Shown here piece after piece: positions 22,606-31,499 of a stretch of DNA of 64,000 bases (the stretch's first letter is position 1; the number at the start of each line of letters is the position of its first letter). The DNA comes from Gammaproteobacteria bacterium (GTDB lineage: Bacteria; Pseudomonadota; Gammaproteobacteria; Eutrophobiales; Eutrophobiaceae), in the NCBI GenBank assembly GCA_965221695.1, contig OZ244905.1, forward strand, positions 1,632,001 through 1,696,000. Direction: 5' to 3'. The translations under genes and the position numbers were made by a program. The notes below the pieces were generated by a model. It had not been told where the DNA came from and ran no database searches. It saw only the letters and a list, made by a program, of their open reading frames with translations.

Positions 22606-23630
22606 GGATGCGTCTCCTCCACCGGTTCAGCCGTGTCAGCCTGCGGCAGGGCCTTGTCTTTTACCGCTTGTTCGATTGCCTGCGCCACTTCGGGGTTGCC
22701 CCGGAGATATTCGCGCACGTTGTCCTTGCCCTGGCCGATGCGTTCACCGTTGTAACCATACCAGGCGCCGGTTTTTTCTATAATCCCATGCTGTACGCCC
22801 AGTTGAATGATTTCGCCCTCACGGGATATGCCGCGCCCGTAGAAGATATCGAAAACCACCTCCTTGAATGGCGGCGCCACCTTGTTTTTGACCACCTTGA
22901 CGCGGGTTTCGTTGCCCACAACCTCATCACTTTTCTTTATCGCGCCGATGCGGCGTATTTCCATGCGCACGGACGAATAAAACTTCAGTGCGTTACCGCC
23001 GGTAGTGGTCTCCGGATTACCGAACATCACACCGATCTTCATGCGGATCTGGTTGATGAATATCACCAGTGTATTGGAACGCTTGATATTGGCTGTGAGT
23101 TTTCTCAGCGCCTGCGACATCAGGCGCGCCTGCAGACCCATGTGGCTGTCACCCATCTCACCCTCTATTTCCGCCTTGGGCGTGAGCGCCGCCACGGAGT
23201 CGATGATTATCAGGTCCGTGGCGCCGGACCGTACCAGCATATCCGTGATTTCCAGCGCCTGTTCGCCCGTATCCGGCTGCGAGACCAGCAGGTCCGCTAT
23301 TTCCACGCCCAGTTTTTCCGCGTATTTCGGGTCCAGCGCATGTTCCGCATCGACGACTGCCGCGGTGCCGCCGGCTTTTTGTATTTCCGCGGCGACATGC
23401 AAGGCCAGGGTGGTCTTGCCTGAAGATTCCGGCCCGTAGATTTCCACGACTCTTCCCCGGGGTAACCCGCCAATTCCCAGCGCCAGGTCCAGGCCCAGCG
23501 AACCTGTGGATACTGCGGTCACGTCATGGTCAACGGTGTCGTCGCCCATGCGCATGATTGAACCCCTACCGAATTGCTTTTCGATTTGCCCCAGAGCGAT
23601 GTCCAGAGCCTGTTTCTTTTTCTCGTCCAC
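22602..23630 (-). CDS. recA: Recombinase RecA
   Basis: [55 protein letters not shown]; likely GTG start at 23630. Confidence 0.98.
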   Translation of the reverse strand: MDEKKKQALDIALGQIEKQFGRGSIMRMGDDTVDHDVTAVSTGSLGLDLALGIGGLPRGRVVEIYGPESSGKTTLALHVAAEIQKAGGTAAVVDAEHALDPKYAEKLGVEIADLLVSQPDTGEQALEITDMLVRSGATDLIIIDSVAALTPKAEIEGEMGDSHMGLQARLMSQALRKLTANIKRSNTLVIFINQIRMKIGVMFGNPETTTGGNALKFYSSVRMEIRRIGAIKKSDEVVGNETRVKVVKNKVAPPFKEVVFDIFYGRGISREGEIIQLGVQHGIIEKTGAWYGYNGERIGQGKDNVREYLRGNPEVAQAIEQAVKDKALPQADTAEPVEETHP

Positions 23631-23702
23631 GGATTCTCTCGTTCTCAAAATAATGATTAGTGTAGATTATGCCAAATTTTATATTCAGTCTCACATTTCT
23701 TA

Positions 23703-23996
23703 TCACTTCAGGTTGTTAACTACCAGTGTGAGGTTGAATATAACCAGCAGTACCATGATCGCCCGGAATACGATACCGAGGGCGCCGCTCCTGGGCGCAT
23801 AGGCCCACATTACGCCACCTACGACTATGGAACCGACCAGGAAGGCCAGCGCCGCCGGCCCCGTCAGGAAATCCACTGCTGTCTGAAACGCAGTGGTGAT
23901 AAAATCCAGCGGCCCTCCGGTCGTGCCGATGTCGAATTCAGCACGCAAAGCGCCGGGGAAACATACAAGTACAAACAGACAGATACGGTCGCGCAT
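23703..23996 (-). CDS. TrbC/VirB2-like pilin
   Basis: Signal peptide ending ALRA, AVDFLTGPAA followed by two hydrophobic helices with GGVMWAY. Confidence 0.65.
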   Translation of the reverse strand: MRDRICLFVLVCFPGALRAEFDIGTTGGPLDFITTAFQTAVDFLTGPAALAFLVGSIVVGGVMWAYAPRSGALGIVFRAIMVLLVIFNLTLVVNNLK

Positions 23997-24018
23997 CCCT
24001 TCCTCTCCCTTGTTGACG

Positions 24019-24327
24019 TTATTCGGTAATTATGAACGGCCTGTCGGCGACGATATCCGCGCGCAGACAGGTAATCCGTTTCAACAGTCTTTTTCTGATC
24101 ACGTACAACCAGACCGCGATCCCGTTCGGGTCGTTCCTGCATACCAGGTTCAGTACGGCCAGGCCAAAACATACTATCAGCGCAAACAGCAGTACGGAGC
24201 GTAATTGCACGCCGAGCAGCAGCGCTGAGACAAACAGGAATAGCACCGCGTTGGCGGGATAACCAAAATATCGCTTGTTTGCGGTCAGTGATGACCTGTT
24301 ACTGTAGGCGTCTTCCCTGGTATCCAT
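24019..24327 (-). CDS. VirB3/TrbD-like membrane protein
   Basis: RSSLTANKRYFGYP, two TM segments, then VCRNDP motif typical of VirB3. Confidence 0.6.
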   Translation of the reverse strand: MDTREDAYSNRSSLTANKRYFGYPANAVLFLFVSALLLGVQLRSVLLFALIVCFGLAVLNLVCRNDPNGIAVWLYVIRKRLLKRITCLRADIVADRPFIITE

Positions 24328-24482
24328 GATACTTCCCTCAATGTGTGGCTGGTCGAATAATTCTGGTCCGGATAGACTTCATCAAAATCTTATTGCCTAT
24401 ACTGACACAACTTGTTGATTGAAGTCAACAGCTCTATTAAATCCTGTTATAAAAAATTCAGGTGGAATGATGTGTCACCCAT

Positions 24483-24921
24483 CCACCGTACCACTCCCGC
24501 GAAAACGGGAGTCCAGTCGAATACTGTGTCACCCGAAGGGCGACGCTTTGTTTCACTGGATTCCCGCTTGCGCGGGAATGGGATGGGAAGCACTCCCGCG
24601 TACCCTGCCACCGTACCACTCCCGCGGAAGCGGGAGTTCAGTCAAATACTGTGTCACCCGAAGGGCGACGCTTTGTTTCACTGGATTCCCGTTTTCACGG
24701 GAATGGGATGGGGAGCACTCCCGCGTACCCTGCCACCGTACCACTCCCGCGGAAGCGGGAGTCCAGTCAAATACTGTGTCGCCCGAAGGGCGACGCTTTG
24801 TTTCACTGGATTCCCGTTTTCACTGGAATGGGATGGGGAGCACTCCCGCGTGCCCTGCCACCGTACCACTCCCGCGGAAGCGGGAGTCCAGTCAAATACT
24901 GTGTCGCCCAGAGGGCGACTC
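24483..24921 (+). repeat. Tandem array of 125-bp REP-like units (about 3.5 copies, family B)
   Basis: Unit starts CCACCGTACCACTCCCGC at 24483, 24608, 24733, 24858; hairpins ACTCCCGC..GCGGGAGT, GTCGCCC-GAA-GGGCGAC, ATTCCCG..CGGGAAT. Confidence 0.92.
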
Positions 24922-24927
24922 GTTATT

Positions 24928-26220
24928 TCACAGGTTTTGCATCTCCTTTGCCGCTGCCAGTGAAGCGAGCCGGGCAATAACGCCATAGCTGTAAAACCGG
25001 TTCGGCTGGGCATCCGGCGATTTTTCCTTGTCCGGGGAGTTGCAGGATTCCTCGAATGCCAGACGCTCGAAATACATGCCCGGAGCGTTCAGGTTTTCAT
25101 TGCTGGCACGTTGCGGGTGCACCCGGTAGAAACCGCCTACCACGTTCTGGTCAATGAGGTATACCACCGGTTCGGCGACCGTACCGGGACTACCCCAGGT
25201 TTCGTGGGTATGCACACCCTCCTGCAGAATAGCCTTGGTCACCTTCTGCCCTTCTTTGACAGTCGCCATTTTTGTTCTTTGTTTACGATTCAGGTCGTGA
25301 ACTTCCTCAGGGGTTTGTACAGACATCACCCCCATGCCGTAAGTGCCGGAATCCGCTTTGATCATCACGAATGGATCACTGGTTATGCCATACTCTTCGT
25401 ATTTCTTACGGATCGCGTTCAGCAGTGATTCCACGTTTCTTGACAAGCAGGATTCGCCTGCGCGCTTCATAAAGTCCACTTCCCCACAGTTGCGGAACAG
25501 GGGCTCAATCAGCCAGGGATCGATATCCAGCAGCGCGGCGAAATCGCGGGCGATGTCCCGGTAAAAATTGAAATGAACGGTTTTCGACCTGTCCGACCAA
25601 CCCAGTCTGACCGGGGGCATAATACGCTGCTCCACTCCTGTCAGAAAATCGGGCACACCAGAGGACAAATCATTGTTCAGTATCAACAGATCCGGCCGGA
25701 AATCCCGCACGCACACGTCCGCCCCCTCTCTTAGCAGTGGCTCCAGGCGTATCGACGCCCCGCTGTCCAGCTCGATCGTCAGCTCTTCTTCCAACCCCGG
25801 CAACAGGGAACCCATCCGGGTCTCGAAACCCGCTTTTTCAAATATCCCCTGTAACACGGCAAGGTTCTCCAGGTAATGCCTGTTTCGGGTATGATTTTCG
25901 GGAACGATCAACACCCGGTCGACCGGCTGTTCCAACCGCTCCAGCGCCGACTGCGCCGCCTGTATGCACAGGGACTCGAAGGCCGGGTTGAGGTTATTAA
26001 ACCCGCCGGGAAACAGGTTGGTGTCGACCGGCGCTATCTTGTAGCCCGCATTTCTCAGGTCGACGGACGCATACAACGGTGCCGGTGTATTACGCCACTG
26101 GGAGCGAAACCAGGATTCGATCCTGGTCTGATGATCCAGGATGATGCTCTCAATGATATTCAACGGCCCAGTCAGAGCCGTCTTCAGATGCGGCACCGTG
26201 TCTATTGCGGTAGCAACCAT
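24928..26220 (-). CDS. gshA: Glutamate--cysteine ligase (beta/gammaproteobacterial GshA type)
   Basis: VPHLKTALTGPL, SVDLRNAGYKIAPVDTNLFPGGFNNL, PENHTRN, KADSGTYGMG, NLNAPGM, YGVIARL. Confidence 0.9.
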   Translation of the reverse strand: MVATAIDTVPHLKTALTGPLNIIESIILDHQTRIESWFRSQWRNTPAPLYASVDLRNAGYKIAPVDTNLFPGGFNNLNPAFESLCIQAAQSALERLEQPVDRVLIVPENHTRNRHYLENLAVLQGIFEKAGFETRMGSLLPGLEEELTIELDSGASIRLEPLLREGADVCVRDFRPDLLILNNDLSSGVPDFLTGVEQRIMPPVRLGWSDRSKTVHFNFYRDIARDFAALLDIDPWLIEPLFRNCGEVDFMKRAGESCLSRNVESLLNAIRKKYEEYGITSDPFVMIKADSGTYGMGVMSVQTPEEVHDLNRKQRTKMATVKEGQKVTKAILQEGVHTHETWGSPGTVAEPVVYLIDQNVVGGFYRVHPQRASNENLNAPGMYFERLAFEESCNSPDKEKSPDAQPNRFYSYGVIARLASLAAAKEMQNL

Positions 26221-26266
26221 AGCGGGTTTTCCAGATTAATGAAGCGGGTATTATATGAAATATGCC

Positions 26267-26305
26267 CTGGACAAGTCCATCCTGGACTTGTTCAGAGCTT
26301 CCTAA
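26267..26305 (-). repeat. MITE-like family A fragment between rsmE and gshA
   Basis: ACAAGTCCATCCTGGACTTGTTCAGAGCTTCCTAA; GGA loop on minus strand. Confidence 0.75.
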
Positions 26306-26317
26306 AACAGGTTCCGG

Positions 26318-27049
26318 TCAATGCAGGTCGCCCCAGAGCACCTGCAATGCTGTGAGTGCCGCGACGGCTGCGGTTTCGGTGCGCAGGGTGCGCGGGCCGA
26401 GATTTATCGGGATATATCCCTGTTGTTCCGACATTGCCACTTCGGCATCGGTGAGACCGCCTTCCGGTCCTATCAGGATGGCGGCTGTACGGTCGTTCAA
26501 GCTTATTCCCGCAAGGGTCTGGCGCGCGCGGGGCTCGAGCACCAACCGTGTCGAGTTTCGCTCATCCGCTACCCACTCCTGCAAGTCCCTGGGACTGCTC
26601 AGAACAGGCAGGGTATCTCTGCCGCATTGCTCGCAGGCATGGATAATGATTTTTTCCCAGCGCTCCATGCGCGAACTGATGCGGTTTTGATCCAGCCTGA
26701 CATTGCCGCGCTCGGTAAACAGGGGAATAATGGCATGTACACCCAGTTCAACGGATTTCTGCACGGCATAATCCATGTGCAGGTTGCGCGATATGCCCAG
26801 CCCCAGTTTGATTAACAGCCTGGATTCTGCTGTTCCCGGTTCAAAGTCCAGGATTTCAACCTCAGCCAGGCCTGTCGAAGTCGCAATTATTCTGCCGCGA
26901 TAACTCCCGCCGAGACCGTTAAACAAGGTAACCTGATCATTCTGCCGGCAACGAAGAACCCGCAACAAATGGCGCGATGCCTCTTTAGACAGAAAAACTG
27001 TAGTGGAAACCGCCAATGGGGATTCCGTATATACCCGGATATTGCGCAT
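26318..27049 (-). CDS. rsmE: 16S rRNA m3U1498 methyltransferase
   Basis: HLLRVLR, QKSVELGV, ACEQCGR, IGPEGG, LGPRTLRTETA. Confidence 0.95.
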   Translation of the reverse strand: MRNIRVYTESPLAVSTTVFLSKEASRHLLRVLRCRQNDQVTLFNGLGGSYRGRIIATSTGLAEVEILDFEPGTAESRLLIKLGLGISRNLHMDYAVQKSVELGVHAIIPLFTERGNVRLDQNRISSRMERWEKIIIHACEQCGRDTLPVLSSPRDLQEWVADERNSTRLVLEPRARQTLAGISLNDRTAAILIGPEGGLTDAEVAMSEQQGYIPINLGPRTLRTETAAVAALTALQVLWGDLH

Positions 27050-27081
27050 ATGGCTTCAGAGTTTAGCAACCTATGAGATTT

Positions 27082-27148
27082 GTTCCAACGGTATGGGGAT
27101 ACGCCGTCTCTGTAGTACTCCGGATGGACTTGTTCAGAGCTTCCTTTA
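27082..27148 (+). repeat. MITE-like family A, internally deleted copy
   Basis: GTTCCAACGGTATGGGGATACGCCGT...CCGGATGGACTTGTTCAGAGCTTCCTTT. Confidence 0.65.
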
Positions 27149-27158
27149 AAATAGGCGA

Positions 27159-27617
27159 ATGCTTAAATCCATCAAGGAATTCTTTGAGCGCGGCCTGCAG
27201 GAGAATGCCGGGCGCGACAGCTCCGATCACGGCAACCGGGTGGAACTGGCCGCGGCCGTCTTGATGGTTGAGATCAGCCTGGCTGATTCTGCCATCGGCG
27301 CTGAAGAGCTTGCCGTTATCAAAACAGCCCTGGTCAATCACTTTTCTATTGACGCAGAACAGGTGGATGAATTGATCGACCTGGCGCGCCGGGAAGTTGA
27401 TCTCGCGGTTTCTCTGCACGAGTTCACCCGCATGCTTAATCAGAATCTGGCCCCGGTGGAAAAGATCCGCATCATCGAATTGCTTTGGAAAGTCGCATTT
27501 GCCGATGCCGTGCTGGACAAATACGAGGAGTACTACATCAGAAAAATCGCTGATTTGCTGTATATCTCCCATAAGGATTATATCCGGACCAAACACAGGG
27601 TCGCTGAGGGTAGTTGA
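27159..27617 (+). CDS. TerB family protein
   Basis: ELAAAVLMVEI..AD, SLHEFT, LWKVAFADAVLDKYEEYYIRKIADLL. Confidence 0.85.
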   Translation: MLKSIKEFFERGLQENAGRDSSDHGNRVELAAAVLMVEISLADSAIGAEELAVIKTALVNHFSIDAEQVDELIDLARREVDLAVSLHEFTRMLNQNLAPVEKIRIIELLWKVAFADAVLDKYEEYYIRKIADLLYISHKDYIRTKHRVAEGS

Positions 27618-27653
27618 GATGTGGGTGGTGTACCACACAATCCCAGCAGACCA

Positions 27654-28109
27654 GTGTTAGATAAAATCATATCCGGTGGCCAGACGGGCGTGGATCGGGC
27701 CGCGCTGGACAGCGCTATTTTCCTTGATATCCCCCACGGCGGCTGGTGCCCAGCCGGCAGGAGAGCGGAGGACGGAACGATTCCCGCGCGTTACCACCTG
27801 ATTGAAACGGATGCGCCGGAATATGTTGACAGGACACGAAAAAACGTTGAAGACAGCGACGGAACACTGATCCTGAACAGCAAACAGTTGGAGGGAGGCA
27901 CGGCAGCAACCCTGGCTTTTGCCAGGAGTTTGAGCAAGCCGGTTATGGTCATCAATCTCGACGACCCTCCAGAAACAGACGCTATCCGCAACTGGCTGGC
28001 AGCCAACCGGATAAAACATTGTAACGTGGCAGGCCCGCGGGAAAGCAAACGGCCGGGGATTTACCGGCAAACCTGCAGTTATCTCAGAATAGTATTAGGG
28101 AAACTCTGA
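27654..28109 (+). CDS. Putative molybdenum carrier / circularly permuted YpsA SLOG protein
   Basis: KIISGGQTGVDRAALD, GGWCPAGRRAEDG, RTRKNVEDSDGTL, NVAGPRES; start approximate. Confidence 0.85.
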   Translation: MLDKIISGGQTGVDRAALDSAIFLDIPHGGWCPAGRRAEDGTIPARYHLIETDAPEYVDRTRKNVEDSDGTLILNSKQLEGGTAATLAFARSLSKPVMVINLDDPPETDAIRNWLAANRIKHCNVAGPRESKRPGIYRQTCSYLRIVLGKL

Positions 28110-28114
28110 CTTAA
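28095..28114. repeat. MITE-like family A half-arm overlapping a stop codon
   Basis: TTAGGGAAACTCTGACTTAA. Confidence 0.55.
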
Positions 28115-28130
28115 CCCCCGGCTATCGGAA

Positions 28131-28853
28131 CTATCGATCTCCTTCCGCACAACGCAAAAAAGCCTGTTCAAGGTCAACTGCATTGAAATGCCGGCAACAC
28201 TCGGCAGGCGTTCCGATATATCGGATGTTGCCCCGGTGTAATATCGCTATGCTGTCGCACAGCTTTTCCGCGTCGGACAGCAGGTGACTTGTCAGCAAAC
28301 AGGAATGACCTAGCTTTTTCAGTTTAAGCAAATGCTCTCTCAGAGATGCGCGCGCCTTTGGGTCCAGGCCATTCATAGGTTCATCCAGGATCAGCAGCTT
28401 TTTTCCGCTCAACAGGCAGGCGGCCAGACCGAGTTTCTGCGCGGCGCCGTTTGACAGCATTATCGCGCGCTGTTCTAACTCGTCGGGTTCCATATCCAGT
28501 ATTTCCAGAATCTCTCCCGTCCTCCTCGGATCAGGCGCATTGCCGTGCAGCCGGCATAAGTAGTCGATAAACTCCTTGCCTTTGAGATGCCCCGGGGGGC
28601 GGAAACTTTCCGGCAGGTAGGCCAAGGCTTCCCTGACCGACGCCCGGTCGTGCTGCTTGCCGAAGATGGCGATCTTTCCCGAGTCCGGCGTGTCGAGGTC
28701 GAGCAGGCACTTTATCAATGTGGTCTTGCCGGCGCCGTTGGCGCCGACCAAACCCAGTATTTCGCCGTCGCTCAGCTCGAGCGTCACGCCTGAAAACACA
28801 ATCTTGCTTCCCCGCTGTTTGGTCAGCCCTTGTATCTGGATTGCCGGCCCCAC
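28131..28853 (-). CDS. ABC transporter ATP-binding protein
   Basis: GANGAGKTT, LSNGAAQK signature, LILDEP, SHLL; GTG start about 28853. Confidence 0.9.
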   Translation of the reverse strand: MGPAIQIQGLTKQRGSKIVFSGVTLELSDGEILGLVGANGAGKTTLIKCLLDLDTPDSGKIAIFGKQHDRASVREALAYLPESFRPPGHLKGKEFIDYLCRLHGNAPDPRRTGEILEILDMEPDELEQRAIMLSNGAAQKLGLAACLLSGKKLLILDEPMNGLDPKARASLREHLLKLKKLGHSCLLTSHLLSDAEKLCDSIAILHRGNIRYIGTPAECCRHFNAVDLEQAFLRCAEGDR

Positions 28854-28923
28854 ATGCGGGCGTCCCGCCCGCAGGCAGGCGGGGCGCCTATGGTCCCAGG
28901 TAAAGCAGGTCATCTTGTCCGGG

Positions 28924-29724
28924 TCAATACAGGAACACCGCATTGCAGCGGGTATTGTCACTGTCAACGTTCCAGGATGAGCCTGTTGCGTCCGCATTAT
29001 TGATGCAAGGCGCGCCGGTGGTGGACGACCAGAGAATGACTTCACTCCCTGGTGTGCCGGCGCCGAAATCATCACCACCTACCGTGCCTTCTCCGTTCTT
29101 TGCCGTATTCACCGTGGCGCGCACGACCCCGCTGCCCGGGTCGCCGTCATCCAGTTTTACATCCAGTTCCCGCAACAATGCCGGGGTAACGCCGGCTCCG
29201 AACGCGTAAGCCAGGCGCACGGTTGACCCGGATGCGGCGCCTCCGTCATCATAATCATCGGTAAATCCCAGCAGGACCGGTTGCTGGAAGGCATTGCCGG
29301 GCACCTGGCCGGTCAACACACCGGCTTCATATTGTGCCGCGGTAGCGGTACCCCCACCGTAACTGCCGTTCAACAAGCGTGAATGGGCCAGGTGCGCCCA
29401 TACTGCGCCGGCCTCCTCCCAGCGGTCTATGCGCCCGTTCTGGTTGCCGCCGATGGTGGGTGTTCCGCCACAATTGGGGTCGACTTCCGCGCTGATGGCG
29501 CGGCACGCCAGCGCCGCGGGCATGTCGCCGGGGACCTGCCGATAACGGTCGATAAAACCATAATACGCGGCCTGTATGCCGGCATTCTGATCGGCCATAT
29601 TGCGCACCCTGGCGCTGCTGATCAATTGCTGGCCCTTCAGAATGCCGCCCAGCATGAGCCCGATCAGGACCAGGACGACAGCGATTTCCACCAGGGTAAA
29701 ACCTGGTTGTGGACGTGATTTCAT
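28924..29724 (-). CDS. Type IV pilin-like protein (prepilin cleavage/N-methylation motif)
   Basis: QPG-FTLVEIAVVLVLIGLMLGGILKGQ; LDVKLDDG motif; GGAGG SD. Confidence 0.9.
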   Translation of the reverse strand: MKSRPQPGFTLVEIAVVLVLIGLMLGGILKGQQLISSARVRNMADQNAGIQAAYYGFIDRYRQVPGDMPAALACRAISAEVDPNCGGTPTIGGNQNGRIDRWEEAGAVWAHLAHSRLLNGSYGGGTATAAQYEAGVLTGQVPGNAFQQPVLLGFTDDYDDGGAASGSTVRLAYAFGAGVTPALLRELDVKLDDGDPGSGVVRATVNTAKNGEGTVGGDDFGAGTPGSEVILWSSTTGAPCINNADATGSSWNVDSDNTRCNAVFLY

Positions 29725-29753
29725 AAGAGTATCCTCCATGAATTTAGGTAATT

Positions 29754-29880
29754 TTAAGAAGCTCCGGACAAGTCCATCCAGGACTTGTCAGAGCGCGCAG
29801 TGGCCATCCTCGGATGTCCACATCCACTCCGGGTGGATTTGTGACGATACGTCCGTGTATCGCCGGAAACTCTGACTTAA
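29754..29880 (-). mobile_element. MITE-like family A, near full-length copy, reverse orientation
   Basis: ACAAGTCCATCCAGGACTTGTCAGAG ... ACGATACGTCCGTGTATCG ... GGAAACTCTGACTTAA; GGA-bearing hairpins on minus strand. Confidence 0.75.
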
Positions 29881-30173
29881 CGATGCTTCAGGTATGAGCC
29901 AACCTGAAACTTCATGCCAAGCGCGCGTAAAATCGGCGCAAGTGTGGACCAGCGCGGATTGCCTTTTTCAGAGAGCGCCCGATACAGGCTTTCCCTGGGG
30001 ATACCCACTCTTTGTACCAGTTGTGACATGCCCTGAGTCTCAGCCATATTGCGCAGAGCCAGCAGAAAGACAGCCGGTTCTTCGTCTTCAGCCGCAGCAG
30101 TCAGGTATTCGGCGGCAAATGTCGGATCTTCCAATTGCTTGTGCAGCCAATCATTGTGTTTTACGGTTTTCAT
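29877..30173 (-). CDS. Addiction module antidote protein (HTH, HI1420/HigA-like)
   Basis: AAEYL..A.ED, LALRNMAETQGMS, RESLYRALSEKGNP. Confidence 0.88.
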   Translation of the reverse strand: MKTVKHNDWLHKQLEDPTFAAEYLTAAAEDEEPAVFLLALRNMAETQGMSQLVQRVGIPRESLYRALSEKGNPRWSTLAPILRALGMKFQVGSYLKHR

Positions 30174-30183
30174 CTTAATGTGT

Positions 30184-30507
30184 TCAATCAGGTTGTTGGC
30201 CCAACCAGTTTTTCAGTCGCTGTTCGGCTACTTCGATGTCTTTTTTCTGAGCGCTTTTGCTGGCGCCACAGAGCAGCAAGATGCTCGAAATACCGATCTT
30301 CGCAAAATAGATTCGATAGCCGGGTCCATGGTCTATTCGCAATTCGCTTACCCCGCCTCTGAGATACTTGCAATCTCCGAACAGGCCAAGGTTCAAGCGA
30401 CTGATCCTGGTTGCTATACGAGCCGCAGCCGTTTTACTCCGGATTGTACGGAACCACTTGTCGATCAAGTCCTGTCCGTCCGGGTCCGTGTAATGAAAAA
30501 CTTCCAT
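30184..30507 (-). CDS. Addiction module killer protein (RelE/ParE superfamily, HI1419/HigB-like)
   Basis: ARIATRISRLNLGLFGDCK, GVSELRIDHGPGYRIYF, LLLCGASKSAQKKDI; toxin-first order. Confidence 0.88.
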   Translation of the reverse strand: MEVFHYTDPDGQDLIDKWFRTIRSKTAAARIATRISRLNLGLFGDCKYLRGGVSELRIDHGPGYRIYFAKIGISSILLLCGASKSAQKKDIEVAEQRLKNWLGQQPD

Positions 30508-30519
30508 GCGTAATAATTG

Positions 30520-30537
30520 TGTAACGTATAAGATACA
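30520..30537. promoter_or_regulatory. Candidate TA autoregulation operator
   Basis: Imperfect palindrome TGTAAC-GTATAA-GATACA just upstream of the toxin start. Confidence 0.4.
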
Positions 30538-30561
30538 AATATCAAATTGATTAATCCGCGG

Positions 30562-31281
30562 TCACAAGCTCATTTCCTGTTCGAGCAACGCCAGTCTGTT
30601 TTTCAAAAAACGCAATTCATTGTCGCTGCCGGCCAGTTTGCCGTTTGCGAGCAGTCCTCCGATGATGATTTGAGCGCTTTCAAGTTCACCCAGGTCTTCC
30701 AGTACGAACAGCTCCATTTGTGTTACCCAGGGGGGCGCGGCGGCGCTGTTCACGTTCAGGCGCAGGGCGTTCGCGTATTTCAAAGCCAGTTGCAAATCTC
30801 CGATACGATGTCTTGCGACATAAACCCCATGGACCATCCAGGGCCAGCGGTGGTCAGGGTCATCGAGAAAGCGCCGATAGACGAAGTCCAGCATTTGCCG
30901 CTTCCCGGTGTCATCCGGCGTTTGCGTGTACACGCGGCTGGCGGATAACAGCGGGTATTGAAAACGGCTGTCCAGTGCAAGCAGCGCGTCCAACCAGTTT
31001 ATGACCCTGGCATAGTCCAATCTTTCGAACGGAATACTGACACCGGGTTGATTGTCGAACGCCTGCAGCCACAACATCAGGACTTTCGCCAGGACATCCG
31101 GTTCTCCCAGGCCGGATAAACGTAACAGGTTGACGTTCGGCGCGTCCGGCAAGGTTTCAGCGCTTGCCATCGCCTGGGGTCGCGCACTACTCCAGCCTAC
31201 CTGGATTAACAGGCTGACAATGATTACCGCCAGCACCGGAAGCGGAACTGTTGACAGTGGTCTTGCTGCGCGATCATTCAT
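30562..31281 (-). CDS. Conserved membrane-anchored hypothetical protein of the pilus/ABC cluster
   Basis: 239-aa ORF with N-terminal TM, LWLQAFDNQPG, helical C-terminus; collinear with the cluster. Confidence 0.7.
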   Translation of the reverse strand: MNDRAARPLSTVPLPVLAVIIVSLLIQVGWSSARPQAMASAETLPDAPNVNLLRLSGLGEPDVLAKVLMLWLQAFDNQPGVSIPFERLDYARVINWLDALLALDSRFQYPLLSASRVYTQTPDDTGKRQMLDFVYRRFLDDPDHRWPWMVHGVYVARHRIGDLQLALKYANALRLNVNSAAAPPWVTQMELFVLEDLGELESAQIIIGGLLANGKLAGSDNELRFLKNRLALLEQEMSL

Positions 31282-31327
31282 TAAGTCACTCCTGTCTGTC
31301 TTGAGGGATTCACATAAGCGCCCTCAT

Positions 31328-31492
31328 ACCATTCCCGTCCAAACGGGAATCCAGTGAACAAAGAGTCGCCCTTCGGGCAACACAGTATTTGACTGGACTC
31401 CCGCTTTCGCGGGAGTGGTACGGGGGAAGGCAAGCGCCTGTGCCGACAGCTACATGCAATCTGGGTGTGTAGAGACCTGATCATGAGGGTTT
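31328..31492 (-). repeat. REP-like family B single unit with AGAGACCTGATCATGA tail
   Basis: Reverse complement of the 125-bp unit; tail shared with 44174-44332. Confidence 0.8.
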
Positions 31493-31499
31493 GGGACAA

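Noticed and set aside
20423-23439. Long antisense ORFs opposite alaS and recA (and similar shadows opposite katG and fhs)
   Set aside because: Expected shadow frames of GC-rich genes; no motifs
24483-24921. Tandem array as a CRISPR array
   Set aside because: Whole 125-bp units repeat with no unique spacers, and no cas genes are present
24412-25013. Overlapping 100-190 aa ORFs across the array
   Set aside because: Translations are the same repeat peptide cycling through frames; no RBS or family motif
28854-29078. N-terminal extension of the ABC ATPase
   Set aside because: Overlaps the pilin gene; the ABC fold begins at about 28853
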